The notes under the pieces: generated by a model | What the model was told of the DNA's origin: nothing | Seen by the model: the letters and a program-made list of their open reading frames with translations, nothing else | Databases searched by the model: none | Part shown: positions 13,369 to 23,867 of the stretch, piece after piece | Numbering within the stretch: the stretch's first letter is position 1 | How the letters are laid out: each line of letters begins with the position of its first letter | Made by a program: the position numbers and the translations under genes | Assembly (NCBI GenBank): GCA_035297365.1 | Contig: DATGZA010000097.1 | Span: forward strand, 1 to 64,000 | Source: Nitrososphaeraceae archaeon | GTDB taxonomy: Archaea; Thermoproteota; Nitrososphaeria; Nitrososphaerales; Nitrososphaeraceae | Reading direction: 5' to 3' | Length of the DNA: 64,000 nucleotides

Positions 13369-14796
13369 TTGAATATAAACAAAACAAATCTTATTGAATC
13401 TATATCGCTTATTAAGAAGGAGGAATCATTTATAGATCAAAAAACAAATCTTTATTCTAACAGTCTATATACTAGAAAATTCAATTGCAACAATAAGATT
13501 GCACACGATAATTCAAAAAATATATGGATTCAGGCTTATGGATGTTCTGCAAATTTTGCAGATTCTGAAATAATAAGTGGATTGTTACAAAAACATGGAT
13601 ATAAAATTGTAAGTGAAGAAGGCAAATCCGATCTTAATATTATAGTAACTTGCTCTGTTAAAGATTCTACTGAACACAAAATTCTTCATCAGATAGGCAA
13701 TTTGACAAAGTCAAACAAACCATTAGTGGTAGCAGGATGTCTTCCAAAAACTGAAAGAAAAAAAATAGAAGAAATTAACCCAAACGCTAGTCTACTTGGC
13801 CCAAATTCATTAGATAAAACCCTGGAATTAGTCGAATTAGCAAAATATAATAAAAAGGGTGTATTTCTTGCTGATTCTAATATCGAAAAGATCAATTTAC
13901 CGAGAATTAGAATAAATAAAGCTATTAGCATGGTACAAATAGCTACTGGCTGTTTGAGTCAATGTTCTTTTTGTCAGACAAAAATTGCGAAGGGTAGGCT
14001 TAAAAGTTATCGTCTCGGATCAATCATTAGGCAGGTAAAAAATGATATTTCAGAAGGGTATAAGGAAATATGGCTAACCTCTACTGATAATGGATGTTAT
14101 GGAAAAGATATTAATTCAACTCTCGTTGAATTATTGGAATCATGTGCTTCAATTTCTGGAAATTATAAACTAAGAGTAGGGATGATGAATCCCATGTATC
14201 TGACTGATCTACTAGATGGGTTAATAAGAATTTATAAAGAGTCTGACAAAATTTTCAAATTCATACATATCCCTGTTCAAAGTGGAAGTCAGAGAATTTT
14301 AAAGAAAATGTTTCGTGGTGATGATATTAATTCCTTCAAAAACATTATATCTAAATTTAGGAAAGAAATTCCAGAGGTAACAATTGCTACTGATATTATA
14401 GTAGGATTTCCTGGAGAATCGGATGCTGATTTCAATTCAACAAAAAATTTGATTCGCGAGACAAAACCAGATATTGTAAATATCTCAAAATATAGTTCGA
14501 GATATGGGACGCAATCTTCAAAATTAAAAAAAATAAGGTCAGACATTGTTAAAAATCGCACCACTGTCTTGCATACACTCTGTCGTTCTATATCTAAAGA
14601 AAGAAATTCTCTGTGGAAAAAATGGCAAGGTGACATTTTTCTTGATGAAATAAATAATAATATTCTTCAAGGCAGAAATTATGCATACAAATCTGTAATC
14701 ATACAAGGCGATAGTTCAAAGTTAGCTATTGGAGAAATAGTCACAGTAAAAATCTTGAACTATTCTGCTTATTCTCTATTCGGCAAATTGATATGA
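13369..14796 (+). CDS. tRNA methylthiotransferase (MiaB-like/archaeal MtaB), radical SAM
   Basis: UPF0004 YGCSAN/TCSV/AGC, CxxxCxxC (CLSQCSFC), TDIIVGFPGE, C-terminal TRAM domain. Confidence 0.92.
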   Translation: MNINKTNLIESISLIKKEESFIDQKTNLYSNSLYTRKFNCNNKIAHDNSKNIWIQAYGCSANFADSEIISGLLQKHGYKIVSEEGKSDLNIIVTCSVKDSTEHKILHQIGNLTKSNKPLVVAGCLPKTERKKIEEINPNASLLGPNSLDKTLELVELAKYNKKGVFLADSNIEKINLPRIRINKAISMVQIATGCLSQCSFCQTKIAKGRLKSYRLGSIIRQVKNDISEGYKEIWLTSTDNGCYGKDINSTLVELLESCASISGNYKLRVGMMNPMYLTDLLDGLIRIYKESDKIFKFIHIPVQSGSQRILKKMFRGDDINSFKNIISKFRKEIPEVTIATDIIVGFPGESDADFNSTKNLIRETKPDIVNISKYSSRYGTQSSKLKKIRSDIVKNRTTVLHTLCRSISKERNSLWKKWQGDIFLDEINNNILQGRNYAYKSVIIQGDSSKLAIGEIVTVKILNYSAYSLFGKLI

Positions 14797-14916
14797 ATTT
14801 ACAAATTCAGTTTTTTTATTCTAACGCATCTTCCTCTGTTTGCCAACATTGGAAAACACAATGATTTTTAAGTCATTGTTGAGCCTTATAATATTCCAAA
14901 ATATGAAAGTTACAAA

Positions 14917-15246
14917 TTAGTTTTCTTTGGTTATTTCTTCATCTGATACTTTTTTTTCTGTTTTAGAATCTTTTAAGATATCCTGATATGACGATACTAA
15001 TATAGAATTATCTTCTGTTGTCATTTTTACACGAATCTTTCTCGGTGGGTTTGTTTTTCCTCGTCTCCATATTTCTTCGTTCAATTCCTGATCTATTTTT
15101 ACATTCTCATTTTTCATATGTCGTTTAGTAAATTCTTTTATCATGTTAATTACTCTATCAGTTCTTCTATATCTTGGGGTTAACCATGCCTTGCTAAGAT
15201 TTATAGTATAAACATGAGTTGCGCTTTCATCAGATTTTGACATCAC
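14917..15246 (-). CDS. rpl31e: 50S ribosomal protein L31e
   Basis: YTINLSKAW...RTDRVINMIKEF...NEEIWRRGKTNPPRKIRV. Confidence 0.95.
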   Translation of the reverse strand: MMSKSDESATHVYTINLSKAWLTPRYRRTDRVINMIKEFTKRHMKNENVKIDQELNEEIWRRGKTNPPRKIRVKMTTEDNSILVSSYQDILKDSKTEKKVSDEEITKEN

Positions 15247-15261
15247 TCATACCTCGCATTT

Positions 15262-15420
15262 CTATCCTATATTTACATCCGATCTTCTCCAAGACCTTCT
15301 TTTTGGGTTTGATCTGACTTGTCTGTGGGTTCTTATAATAACCCAGGCTGGCACCGGCCTATTTTGCCTCATTTTTTTGATTAATCTTTTTTTTCTGGAT
15401 GTATTTTTTCGGGCAGCCAT
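15262..15420 (-). CDS. rpl39e: 50S ribosomal protein L39e (not in ORF track)
   Basis: Manual translation [52 protein letters not shown]; directly upstream of rpl31e. Confidence 0.97.
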   Translation of the reverse strand: MAARKNTSRKKRLIKKMRQNRPVPAWVIIRTHRQVRSNPKRRSWRRSDVNIG

Positions 15421-15557
15421 TCTAATAAATAAATATTTTTCCGCCTTTTAAGTGTTGATGTGTATAAGTCTGAACGAAGACTTTATGACAAATTATTATT
15501 TTATAAGACTACAATCAAACTTAATAAAACATTTTAACTTAATAAGATTTTATTAAA

Positions 15558-15695
15558 ATGATTGAGCTCTGTGAGGTATGCTATGATTTTATGAAAACTA
15601 TTGGAAATAAAGACATAATCAAAATAACCCTTGTTGAAAAAAAACAGTGTAAGGGAATATATCATAAAAAATTAGTGGATAGTTTCAAAACATAA
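15558..15695 (+). CDS. Putative metal-binding microprotein (45 aa)
   Basis: MIELCEVCYDFMKTIGNKDIIKITLVEKKQCKGIYHKKLVDSFKT; CxxC...CxxxxH. Confidence 0.5.
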   Translation: MIELCEVCYDFMKTIGNKDIIKITLVEKKQCKGIYHKKLVDSFKT

Positions 15696-15712
15696 TAGGT
15701 TTGTTACACTGA

Positions 15713-15889
15713 TTATTTCTTGAAATTACAATGTCTGCATGAATCATAAACATCACCATCAAGGTGGTTAAAATGAGTTCCACAAGTCTTGCAAGTATGA
15801 TGAACCTCATCGAATCCATCGTTTGCTACGAATTCAAAATAATTCAAATCTGCACTCTTGCATTTAATACATCTACATCTACAAAACAT
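15713..15889 (-). CDS. Cys/His-rich zinc-finger microprotein (58 aa)
   Basis: MFCRCRCIKCKSADLNYFEFVANDGFDEVHHTCKTCGTHFNHLDGDVYDSCRHCNFKK; three CxxC. Confidence 0.7.
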   Translation of the reverse strand: MFCRCRCIKCKSADLNYFEFVANDGFDEVHHTCKTCGTHFNHLDGDVYDSCRHCNFKK

Positions 15890-15974
15890 TAGTAAATTTA
15901 CATTTTTTCCAGTATAATATAGTTTTTCTTAAATTTTAAAAAAATTTATTTCACTATGTTCTTGAATTATATTC

Positions 15975-17015
15975 ATGCCAAAAGCTGTTCGCTTCCATGA
16001 AGTTGATAAACCACTTAAAATAGAAGAAATAGATTTTCCTAAAATAGGTTCCAATGAAGTAGTCCTAAAAATTCTGGCCTCGTCGTTATGCTACAGTGAT
16101 GTACACGTTACTACTGGAGTTATTCCTGTGAAAAGACCTATTACTCTTGGTCACGAAATATGTGGCGAAATCGAGGAACTTGGAGATAATATAATCGATT
16201 TTAAAAAAGGCGACAAAACTGTTGTTTACTTTATATCTCCTTGTGGTGACTGTGATCAATGTGTAGTTGGTAATTCGAGCACTTGTAATCATATTTACGA
16301 ATCACCAATGTATGGTTTTTCAGCAGACGGTGGGTTTGCAGAATACATGAAAGTCAATGCAAAAAATCTAGTTAAGGTTACGGGTAACATTCCTTCAGAA
16401 TTTCTCGCAAATTTAGGCTGTGCTGGAATAACTGCTCTTCATGCAGTAAATTTCATTAGTCAGGTAAATTTGGGTCACACAATTGCTGTGTATGGAACAG
16501 GGGGAGTTGGAATGTATGTTCTACAACTAGCCAAGTTATCTGGAGCAAAAACTGTAATAGCTATTGGAAGATCGGAAGAAAAATTACAGCTTGCTAGAAC
16601 ATGCTCTTTTGCAGATGAAACAGTAAATCTCACAAATGAAAATCTTTCAGACAGAATCAAAGAAATAACCGATGGTTTGGGTGTCGATTACGTGTTCGAT
16701 TTCGCTGTATCTGGTGAGAGTTTAAACAATTCTTCTAAAATTATCTCTAATAATGGCAAGATAATATTGGTTGGAATAGGCAGTGAACCAATTTCAGTCA
16801 ATCCCAAAAGACTTACCTTTAAGGAAAACTGTATTATAGGTTCTAATGTAGGCACTAAGAGTGAATTGAAGCTTCTTATAGACCTTGCCCAGAAAAATAT
16901 TCTAAAATCTGTTTCAAATACCAAGTATAGATTGGAAGAAGCAAATGATGTCTTTAATTTATTTAAGGATGGAAAAATTAGAGGTAGAGCATTCTTTGAT
17001 CCCACATCACCATAA
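15975..17015 (+). CDS. Zinc-dependent medium-chain alcohol dehydrogenase
   Basis: LCYSDVH, GHE, structural CxxCxxC-x7-C, Rossmann GTGGVG. Confidence 0.93.
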   Translation: MPKAVRFHEVDKPLKIEEIDFPKIGSNEVVLKILASSLCYSDVHVTTGVIPVKRPITLGHEICGEIEELGDNIIDFKKGDKTVVYFISPCGDCDQCVVGNSSTCNHIYESPMYGFSADGGFAEYMKVNAKNLVKVTGNIPSEFLANLGCAGITALHAVNFISQVNLGHTIAVYGTGGVGMYVLQLAKLSGAKTVIAIGRSEEKLQLARTCSFADETVNLTNENLSDRIKEITDGLGVDYVFDFAVSGESLNNSSKIISNNGKIILVGIGSEPISVNPKRLTFKENCIIGSNVGTKSELKLLIDLAQKNILKSVSNTKYRLEEANDVFNLFKDGKIRGRAFFDPTSP

Positions 17016-17087
17016 AGATATTTCGATCGAAATAATTAACATTGAAGAAAATTGAAAAATTATTTATCTGTTAATGATTCACTCTCA

Positions 17088-17396
17088 TCATAGAGGACTT
17101 TCTCTAAAAGCCTGTGATTGATCATTCTCTTCTGGCTCAATCCTGTATTTTCTTACCATCAGAAGTAAAATCAAACTAAATAAGGCCAATGCTATTGCAA
17201 GACCCTGGGCACCGCCATTCGGAATATAAAAAGAGTATATGATTGCAAACACAATACATGTTATGGCCTGTGTTAGATATTGCAAAGATTTTTTAATACA
17301 TTTTTTCTTCGAAATAAATGCGATTCCAAATATTGCAATAGCTGGATATATCGTTAACAAAACAAATTGATCAATTTCTATACCGTTATGTGTCAA
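17088..17396 (-). CDS. Small three-TM membrane protein (hypothetical)
   Basis: Three hydrophobic segments in 102 aa. Confidence 0.7.
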   Translation of the reverse strand: MTHNGIEIDQFVLLTIYPAIAIFGIAFISKKKCIKKSLQYLTQAITCIVFAIIYSFYIPNGGAQGLAIALALFSLILLLMVRKYRIEPEENDQSQAFRESPL

Positions 17397-17467
17397 CTTT
17401 TAATCTAATATCTTTTCATAATATCTTTCTTTCTTTATTCATTTTTATGTCATTATATATTGTTACT

Positions 17468-18052
17468 TTAATCAAAACTAGCAAAAATCTCAGTAGCTAT
17501 TTTATTGTTTATTAAGGAAATTGCATTTTCGAGAGGTAAATTCGCAATGTCCTCGCAATTAAAAGGTCCATATTTTGCCATGTCAACACCAACAAATTGT
17601 TCCATAGGTTTCAGAAATCTAATAAGTACTTTTTTCTGTTTAATTCTTTCAGAAATCTTCTCCAAAACCTTCGGCTGTCCATTATTTATTAAAGAAAATA
17701 TCTCATGCAATCTCTTTGTTGATTGATGTTCTCCATCTAGAATGTATTTTTCTTCATCGGATATTTTAGAGTAATTTATCTCAAAAACTTTTTGAGTCTT
17801 CTCCAACTTATGAATTTTTTCCAATCTTATTTGTAAAAGAAGACTAGAAATATCTGAAAACATTTCACTCATCTTTATTACTAATATTTTTTCTTGTGTT
17901 TCATATTCATTTATTTTTAGGTTGTTTATACTTCCTGCTATTTTTTGATAAATGTCATAAGGAATTTCCTGCAAAGTAGCATTTTGGAACTCTTTCAATA
18001 GGATATTGTAAGCTATTTCTAGACTTAAATTATCTGTAGTATTATTGGACAT
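17468..18052 (-). CDS. GINS complex subunit (Gins15-like)
   Basis: Helical A domain (RLEKI...EEK), then C-terminal B domain FVGVDMAKYGPF...DIANLPLENA. Confidence 0.85.
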   Translation of the reverse strand: MSNNTTDNLSLEIAYNILLKEFQNATLQEIPYDIYQKIAGSINNLKINEYETQEKILVIKMSEMFSDISSLLLQIRLEKIHKLEKTQKVFEINYSKISDEEKYILDGEHQSTKRLHEIFSLINNGQPKVLEKISERIKQKKVLIRFLKPMEQFVGVDMAKYGPFNCEDIANLPLENAISLINNKIATEIFASFD

Positions 18053-18161
18053 TAAATTATCATATTCAGGTAATTGTGATAATTTATAAATAATTCTTTT
18101 TTCTTTAATACTCGTTTTTCTGAAAGCTTTATTATTAGATCTTTACTAATATTGAACTAAA

Positions 18162-19628
18162 TTGCCGTATAAGATTTTTGAGGGTAATATAGAACCACTA
18201 ACTTTTACGACCGAAGATGTAATGGACAGGATAAGAAATGACAATATAAAGTTCATTGATTTGCAATTTACTAGTCTCTTTGGAAGGTTTCATCATATTA
18301 CAATCCCTTCTAATATGTTCAAAAAAGGAGATTTTGAAAGCGGGTTGCCAAAGATTGATGGATCTTCTATTCGTGGATTTACAGAAATACATGAATCTGA
18401 TCTAATAGTTCGTCCTGATCCTTCTACATATGCTACGATCCCTTGGATTTCAGAATATCCCACTGCTAGATTAATTTGTGATATATTAAGTGGTGGTTCA
18501 AAACGGAACCAATTTCCAAGAGATCCACGAGGTATCGCAAAGAAAGCCGAACAGCAGGTACATGATAACGGATACGAGTTATCGTACTGGGGCCCAGAAA
18601 TTGAATTTTTTGTATTTGATAAACTAATGGTAGATACATTAACACCATATCGTAGCCAGAGCTACGAAATAATTTCTAGGGAAGCACCATGGTCGTCAGA
18701 TGGTTTCGGATATACGATAAATCTTAAAGAAGGATATCTTCCCAGCGCTCCATTAGATACTCTTATGGATTATCGTAACGAATGTGTGGATATTCTCAGT
18801 AATAATTTTGGTATAGCTTGTGATGCCCATCATCACGAAGTGGCAACAGCCGGACAATGTGAAATAGATATAAGATACGATACACTGGTAAATGCAGCAG
18901 ATTCTGTACAGAGTTACAAGTATATAGTAAAAAATATAGCAAAAAAACATAATATGATAGCTACTATGATGCCCAAACCTATAGCATTAGATAATGGTTC
19001 AGGGTTACATGTTAATACAAGTCTTTGGAATGATGATACTAATTTATTTTTTGATCCGAATGATGAATACGCGGAAATTTCTGATGTCGCAAGATATTTC
19101 TGTGGAGGTATTTTGGAACACTCGTTTGCATTAGCTGCAATAGTAGCACCAACCACCAACTCTTATCGACGACTAGTTCCAGGATACGAGGCACCTGTCT
19201 ACGTGGCATGGAGTACAGGAAATCGTTCCGCTATTATCAGAATACCTGGTCATTTTCGAGGAGAACAATTCTCATTCCTAAAAAGAATCGAATTTAGAGC
19301 TCCAGATCCGTCTTGTAATCCTTATCTAGCATTTTCAGCAATTGTTTCTGCTGGAATAGATGGAATAAGAAAGAAGATATCCATTGGGGATCCGATTGAT
19401 GAAGATATTTTCAAAATGAGTTCTAAAAGAAGAACGGAATTAAAGATTAAGCAATTGCCATCCAGTTTGCTTGAGGCTGCAGAGGCTCTTGAAAGTGATC
19501 GAGAATTTTTGAAGCCAATTTTCGATGATGAAATTATAGATAAAATGATTGAACATGGTTTAAAAGAATACAGAGAAGTTACTCTGAGACCGCACCCACA
19601 TGAATTTTCACTTTATGCTGACGTATAA
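18162..19628 (+). CDS. glnA: Glutamine synthetase type I
   Basis: IDGSSIRGF, GPEIEFF, HHHEVATAGQCEI, MPKP...NGSGLH, NSYRRLVPGYEAP, RIEFRAPD. Confidence 0.98.
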   Translation: MPYKIFEGNIEPLTFTTEDVMDRIRNDNIKFIDLQFTSLFGRFHHITIPSNMFKKGDFESGLPKIDGSSIRGFTEIHESDLIVRPDPSTYATIPWISEYPTARLICDILSGGSKRNQFPRDPRGIAKKAEQQVHDNGYELSYWGPEIEFFVFDKLMVDTLTPYRSQSYEIISREAPWSSDGFGYTINLKEGYLPSAPLDTLMDYRNECVDILSNNFGIACDAHHHEVATAGQCEIDIRYDTLVNAADSVQSYKYIVKNIAKKHNMIATMMPKPIALDNGSGLHVNTSLWNDDTNLFFDPNDEYAEISDVARYFCGGILEHSFALAAIVAPTTNSYRRLVPGYEAPVYVAWSTGNRSAIIRIPGHFRGEQFSFLKRIEFRAPDPSCNPYLAFSAIVSAGIDGIRKKISIGDPIDEDIFKMSSKRRTELKIKQLPSSLLEAAEALESDREFLKPIFDDEIIDKMIEHGLKEYREVTLRPHPHEFSLYADV

Positions 19629-19667
19629 TTTTTACAATAAGTATCATCAAATGAGTTTGAACAATTC

Positions 19668-19955
19668 TCATCTTAATTTGTCGATAATTTCAGCTAACTT
19701 GAAATCCTGATCACTAATTCCATTGATGTCATGTGTAAAAAGCAATATTCTTACTTTGTTATAGACATTATATAATTCTGGATGGTGGTTTATTTTTTCT
19801 GCTTCGATTGCTATCTTTGATATAAATCCAAAAGCCTGAGTAAAATTCTGAAATTCAAACATTTTGTTTAGTTTGCCGCCTTTTATACTCCAACCATCCA
19901 TCTCGTCTAACCTATGGTTTATCTCCTCTGTGGAAAGTATTGGGTGTTTATTCAA
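19668..19955 (-). CDS. Pterin-4-alpha-carbinolamine dehydratase
   Basis: FQNFTQAFGF...AEKINHHPE...YNKV...THDINGISDQD. Confidence 0.93.
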   Translation of the reverse strand: MNKHPILSTEEINHRLDEMDGWSIKGGKLNKMFEFQNFTQAFGFISKIAIEAEKINHHPELYNVYNKVRILLFTHDINGISDQDFKLAEIIDKLR

Positions 19956-20116
19956 TTATTAATAATTTTTCTTCTTCCCATATATTGTTATATCTATTAT
20001 TTCTAAGTGGAAACTAAATACCTAGAAATTTGTATTAGCTTTTTTTTATTAATTTCTCATTATTATTCACAAATGATAACGAAATATAAATAAAGCTGAT
20101 AAATACTCTTCCGTGT

Positions 20117-21424
20117 ATGAGCTCAAGCAAAAAACCACACATGAATCTAGTGGTTACAGGACATGTAGATAATGGTAAATCTACTATAGTTGGTCATTTA
20201 ATGGTTGATCTAGGGGTTATTGATCAAAGAACTATAGACCAATTTGCAAAAGAATCAGAAGCTACTGGTAAAGGGGATACTTTCAAGTATGCCTGGGTTT
20301 TAGATAGTATTAAGGATGAACGAGATCGGGGCATTACTATTGATTTGGCATTTCAAAAATTTGAAACTCAAAAATACTTCTTTACTTTGATTGATGCTCC
20401 CGGACATAGGGATTTTATAAAAAATATGATAACCGGTGCTTCCGAAGCAGATGTAGCCATACTCGTAGTTTCCACAAAACCAGGAGAGACTGAAGCTGCT
20501 ACCGAGCCGGGAGGACAGGCTAGAGAACACGCATTTTTATGTAGGACATTAGGTGTAGGACAGGTAGTTGTGGCATTGAATAAAATGGATGACTCTAATT
20601 ATTCAGAAGCTCGCTATAATGAAGTTAAAGGGGTAGTAGAAAAAATGTTAAAAATGGTAGGATATAATACAGCCAAAGTAAATTTTGTCCCAGTTTCAGG
20701 CTGGAAAGGTGATAACTTGGTTAAAAAATCTGATAATATGACTTGGTACAAAGGGCCATCTCTTCTTGAAGCTTTAGACTCCTTTGATCCACCAGAAAAA
20801 CCAATTGGTAAATCATTGAGAATTCCTATACAAGACGTATATACTATAACAGGTGTTGGAACAGTACCAGTTGGCAGAGTTGAAACAGGAGTAGTAAGAG
20901 CTAATGATAAAGTTATAGTAATGCCAGCAGGAGTTACAGGTGAGATAAAGTCTATAGAAACCCACCACACACAAATGGAATCTGCAGAAGCTGGTGACAA
21001 TATAGGTTTTAACTTAAGAGGAATTGACAAGAAATCGATTCACCGGGGAGATGTAATAGGAAGCGCTGATAGTCCTCCAAACGTTGCTAAAGAATTTGAA
21101 GCACAAATAATAGTAATTCATCATCCTACAGCTATGGCTCCTGGATATACTCCAGTTTTACATGCCCATACTGCACAGGTTGCTGCTACTCTTTCCGAGT
21201 TTGTTGCAAAAATTGATCCAAAGACAGGTGGCGTATTAGAAGACAAACCTAAATTTTTAAAGACCGGAGATGCAGCAATTGTCAAAATTAGACCAGTAAG
21301 ACCTCTCGCAATCGAAACATTTAAGGAATTTCCAGAAATCGGTAGATTTGCACTTAGAGACATGGGTACTACAATAGCAGCTGGTGTAGTGAAAACTATC
21401 ACTGAAAAACAAGATAAAAAATAA
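20117..21424 (+). CDS. tuf: Translation elongation factor EF-1alpha
   Basis: GHVDNGKST, ERDRGITI, DAPGHRDF, NKMD, GRFALRDMG. Confidence 0.99.
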   Translation: MSSSKKPHMNLVVTGHVDNGKSTIVGHLMVDLGVIDQRTIDQFAKESEATGKGDTFKYAWVLDSIKDERDRGITIDLAFQKFETQKYFFTLIDAPGHRDFIKNMITGASEADVAILVVSTKPGETEAATEPGGQAREHAFLCRTLGVGQVVVALNKMDDSNYSEARYNEVKGVVEKMLKMVGYNTAKVNFVPVSGWKGDNLVKKSDNMTWYKGPSLLEALDSFDPPEKPIGKSLRIPIQDVYTITGVGTVPVGRVETGVVRANDKVIVMPAGVTGEIKSIETHHTQMESAEAGDNIGFNLRGIDKKSIHRGDVIGSADSPPNVAKEFEAQIIVIHHPTAMAPGYTPVLHAHTAQVAATLSEFVAKIDPKTGGVLEDKPKFLKTGDAAIVKIRPVRPLAIETFKEFPEIGRFALRDMGTTIAAGVVKTITEKQDKK

Positions 21425-21437
21425 GTGAAACTATAGA

Positions 21438-21746
21438 ATGCCTCAGGAAGCACGAATTAAACTGACAAGTACTAATCTTTCGACATTGGACGGTGTCTGC
21501 TCGGAAATCAAAGGTATAGGAGAGAAAAGTGGGATTAATTTGAAAGGTCCATATCCTCTTCCAACAAAAAAAATGAAGGTTGTTACTAGGAAATCTCCAT
21601 GTGGACAAGGCACTAACACTTGGGACAAATATGAATTGAGAATTCATCGCAGAGTAATAGACATGGGAGCAGATGATAAGGCAATTAGACAATTAATGCG
21701 CTTGCGAATTCCTGATGATGTATATATCGAAGTTTCTCTGACATAA
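21438..21746 (+). CDS. rps10: 30S ribosomal protein S10
   Basis: ARIKLTS...GPYPLPTKK...TRKSPCGQGTNTWDKYELRIHRR. Confidence 0.98.
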   Translation: MPQEARIKLTSTNLSTLDGVCSEIKGIGEKSGINLKGPYPLPTKKMKVVTRKSPCGQGTNTWDKYELRIHRRVIDMGADDKAIRQLMRLRIPDDVYIEVSLT

Positions 21747-21905
21747 TTTTATTACTTTAATTTCGATAATATTGTACATAGAAGAATTCTAACAAACTCT
21801 AAATCATTTACTATTTCATTTTGTTATTTTTGACTATAATGATGATTTTGTTATTTATGTTTTAGAGAAAAAATATATTTTCCAAAACAAATTAATGATA
21901 CTCAA

Positions 21906-22478
21906 ATGAAAGTTAACGTTTTTTTATTGTACACAATAATTGTTGCAATTCTTCTCTTTGTATGCATTGAAATGAGTTATATGGGATCTTACTCAGAAAC
22001 CCAAAAATTCAAACTCTATAAAAATCAACATCTTGATTTTAGTATTTTATATCCAATTGATTGGAAGATTGTAGAATTTTCTGATGATATTACAGATGAA
22101 GGTCTCCAAATAATCTCCAGTTTTATTTCTCCTTTGGACAATTCTAATGATGGATTCCAAGAATTTTTTACTATAAAGACAAAGTCAATAAATGATACTG
22201 ATAATAAAGATCTTGTTCTCTGGGATTATTTTAATGATTATTTCTATAAAATTCAAGAGTCTAAATCGGTAGGAAGTAGCGAAGTGAATCTTTACACAAA
22301 TTCATCGATAAAAACTCTTGATTATACTTTCACTCCACAACCGGGATTAATTTTGAACAAGAAAGAGGCTATATTTTTAAAGAATGACAGGATTTTTCAT
22401 ATTGAATTTACTTTAACAGATGATACCGCAAATTCATTTACTCCAATGATTAAAGAAATTCTTTATTCGTTTAAGTGA
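21906..22478 (+). CDS. Secreted PsbP/Mog1-like protein
   Basis: Signal anchor, then YKNQHLDFSILYPIDW and C-terminal MIKEILYSFK, typical of PsbP-like folds. Confidence 0.65.
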   Translation: MKVNVFLLYTIIVAILLFVCIEMSYMGSYSETQKFKLYKNQHLDFSILYPIDWKIVEFSDDITDEGLQIISSFISPLDNSNDGFQEFFTIKTKSINDTDNKDLVLWDYFNDYFYKIQESKSVGSSEVNLYTNSSIKTLDYTFTPQPGLILNKKEAIFLKNDRIFHIEFTLTDDTANSFTPMIKEILYSFK

Positions 22479-22672
22479 CTTTTAAATCTAAAAATAATTG
22501 TATTAATCATATTTTTCTTAAAATCTTTCATCATTTTTTAAAGAATAAAATTGCATCTAATAGTATATTCACATAACTATACAACTAAATGACTCTGCCA
22601 CAAATTATTATCGAATTTCAGTATCGTCAAAAAATAAAATGGTTATTTCTCTAATCAGTCTTGACACAACTT

Positions 22673-23293
22673 TTAAGATACTTCGTTAAATCTCTGAGCG
22701 ACGTCATCCCAATTTATTACGTTCCACCAGTTAGATACATATTCTGGTCTTCTGTTCTGATACTTCAGGTAATATGCATGTTCCCAAACATCGCATCCTA
22801 AGAGAGGCATCAAGCTCTCTGTTCTTGGGCTTGTTTGATTCGGCATTGATTTGTACTCTACTTTTTTATTTACTGGATTATATACAAGCCAGCCCCACCC
22901 GCTACCTTGAATCAATACCGTAGTCGACGAAAATTTTTCTTTAAACTCAGAAAAACTTCCAAATGAAGAATTTATCGCATCAGCTAATGAACCTCCTGGT
23001 TCACCTCCACCATTTGGTTTCATGTTATTCCAAAATATTCGGTGGTTGTCATATCCTCCTCCATTAAAGTTTATAGCGCTCTTCTGATTATCCGGGACTA
23101 AATCAAGATTTGATAGTATTTCAACAATATCCTTTTCTTGAATTTCAGTAGAACAGCTTTCCAATGCTGCATTGAACTTATCTGTGTATGTCTGATGATG
23201 TTTTGTATAATGTATTTCCATAGTACGCGCATCAATATGCGGTTCTAGTGAATCATAATTATATGGTAATGGTGGTAATTCATATTTTTTCAT
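22673..23293 (-). CDS. sod: Fe/Mn superoxide dismutase
   Basis: LPPLPYNYDSLEPHI, HYTKHHQTY, GSGWGWL, DVWEHAYY. Confidence 0.98.
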   Translation of the reverse strand: MKKYELPPLPYNYDSLEPHIDARTMEIHYTKHHQTYTDKFNAALESCSTEIQEKDIVEILSNLDLVPDNQKSAINFNGGGYDNHRIFWNNMKPNGGGEPGGSLADAINSSFGSFSEFKEKFSSTTVLIQGSGWGWLVYNPVNKKVEYKSMPNQTSPRTESLMPLLGCDVWEHAYYLKYQNRRPEYVSNWWNVINWDDVAQRFNEVS

Positions 23294-23435
23294 ATCAACT
23301 ATTTCTCGCTATACATTATTATTCTTTGTGATACACCCCGAAACTTTTACCATAAATTTGTTTTAAATGTCTGTCGCATTTAGAGTGGGGAAAGATATTT
23401 ATTGAAAATTGTAATTTAATCTAACCTGCTTACTC

Positions 23436-23864
23436 ATGGTAATCAATAAAGAACTGCTAGAAAAGAGAAAAAAAGTATCAGAACATAGGCCAAAATTCAT
23501 TAGACAAGAAAGTTGGAGGTATGATAGACTTGCGAAGAATTGGAGAAAACCAAAGGGTAAGGATAACAAGATGAGGAGACAAGTTTCAGGTGTACCACCT
23601 TTAGTAAAGGTTGGTTATAGAGGACCTAAAATTTCTCGGGGACTTCATCCTTCTGGGTATTTGGATAAATTAGTATATAATATTCATGATCTTGAAAAAT
23701 TAAATCCAAAAAATGACGCCGCTCGGATTTCTCGTACAGTGGGAAAACTGAAAAGAAAAGAAATCATATCGAGATCATTAGAATTGGATATCAAGATTTT
23801 AAATCCAGGAAAGCCTCATACTCGAATAAAAAAATCACCTGAACCAAAGAAGAAGGAGAGCTAA
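23436..23864 (+). CDS. rpl32e: 50S ribosomal protein L32e
   Basis: PKFIRQESWRY...WRKPKGKDNKMRR...RGLHPSG. Confidence 0.97.
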   Translation: MVINKELLEKRKKVSEHRPKFIRQESWRYDRLAKNWRKPKGKDNKMRRQVSGVPPLVKVGYRGPKISRGLHPSGYLDKLVYNIHDLEKLNPKNDAARISRTVGKLKRKEIISRSLELDIKILNPGKPHTRIKKSPEPKKKES

Positions 23865-23867
23865 AAA

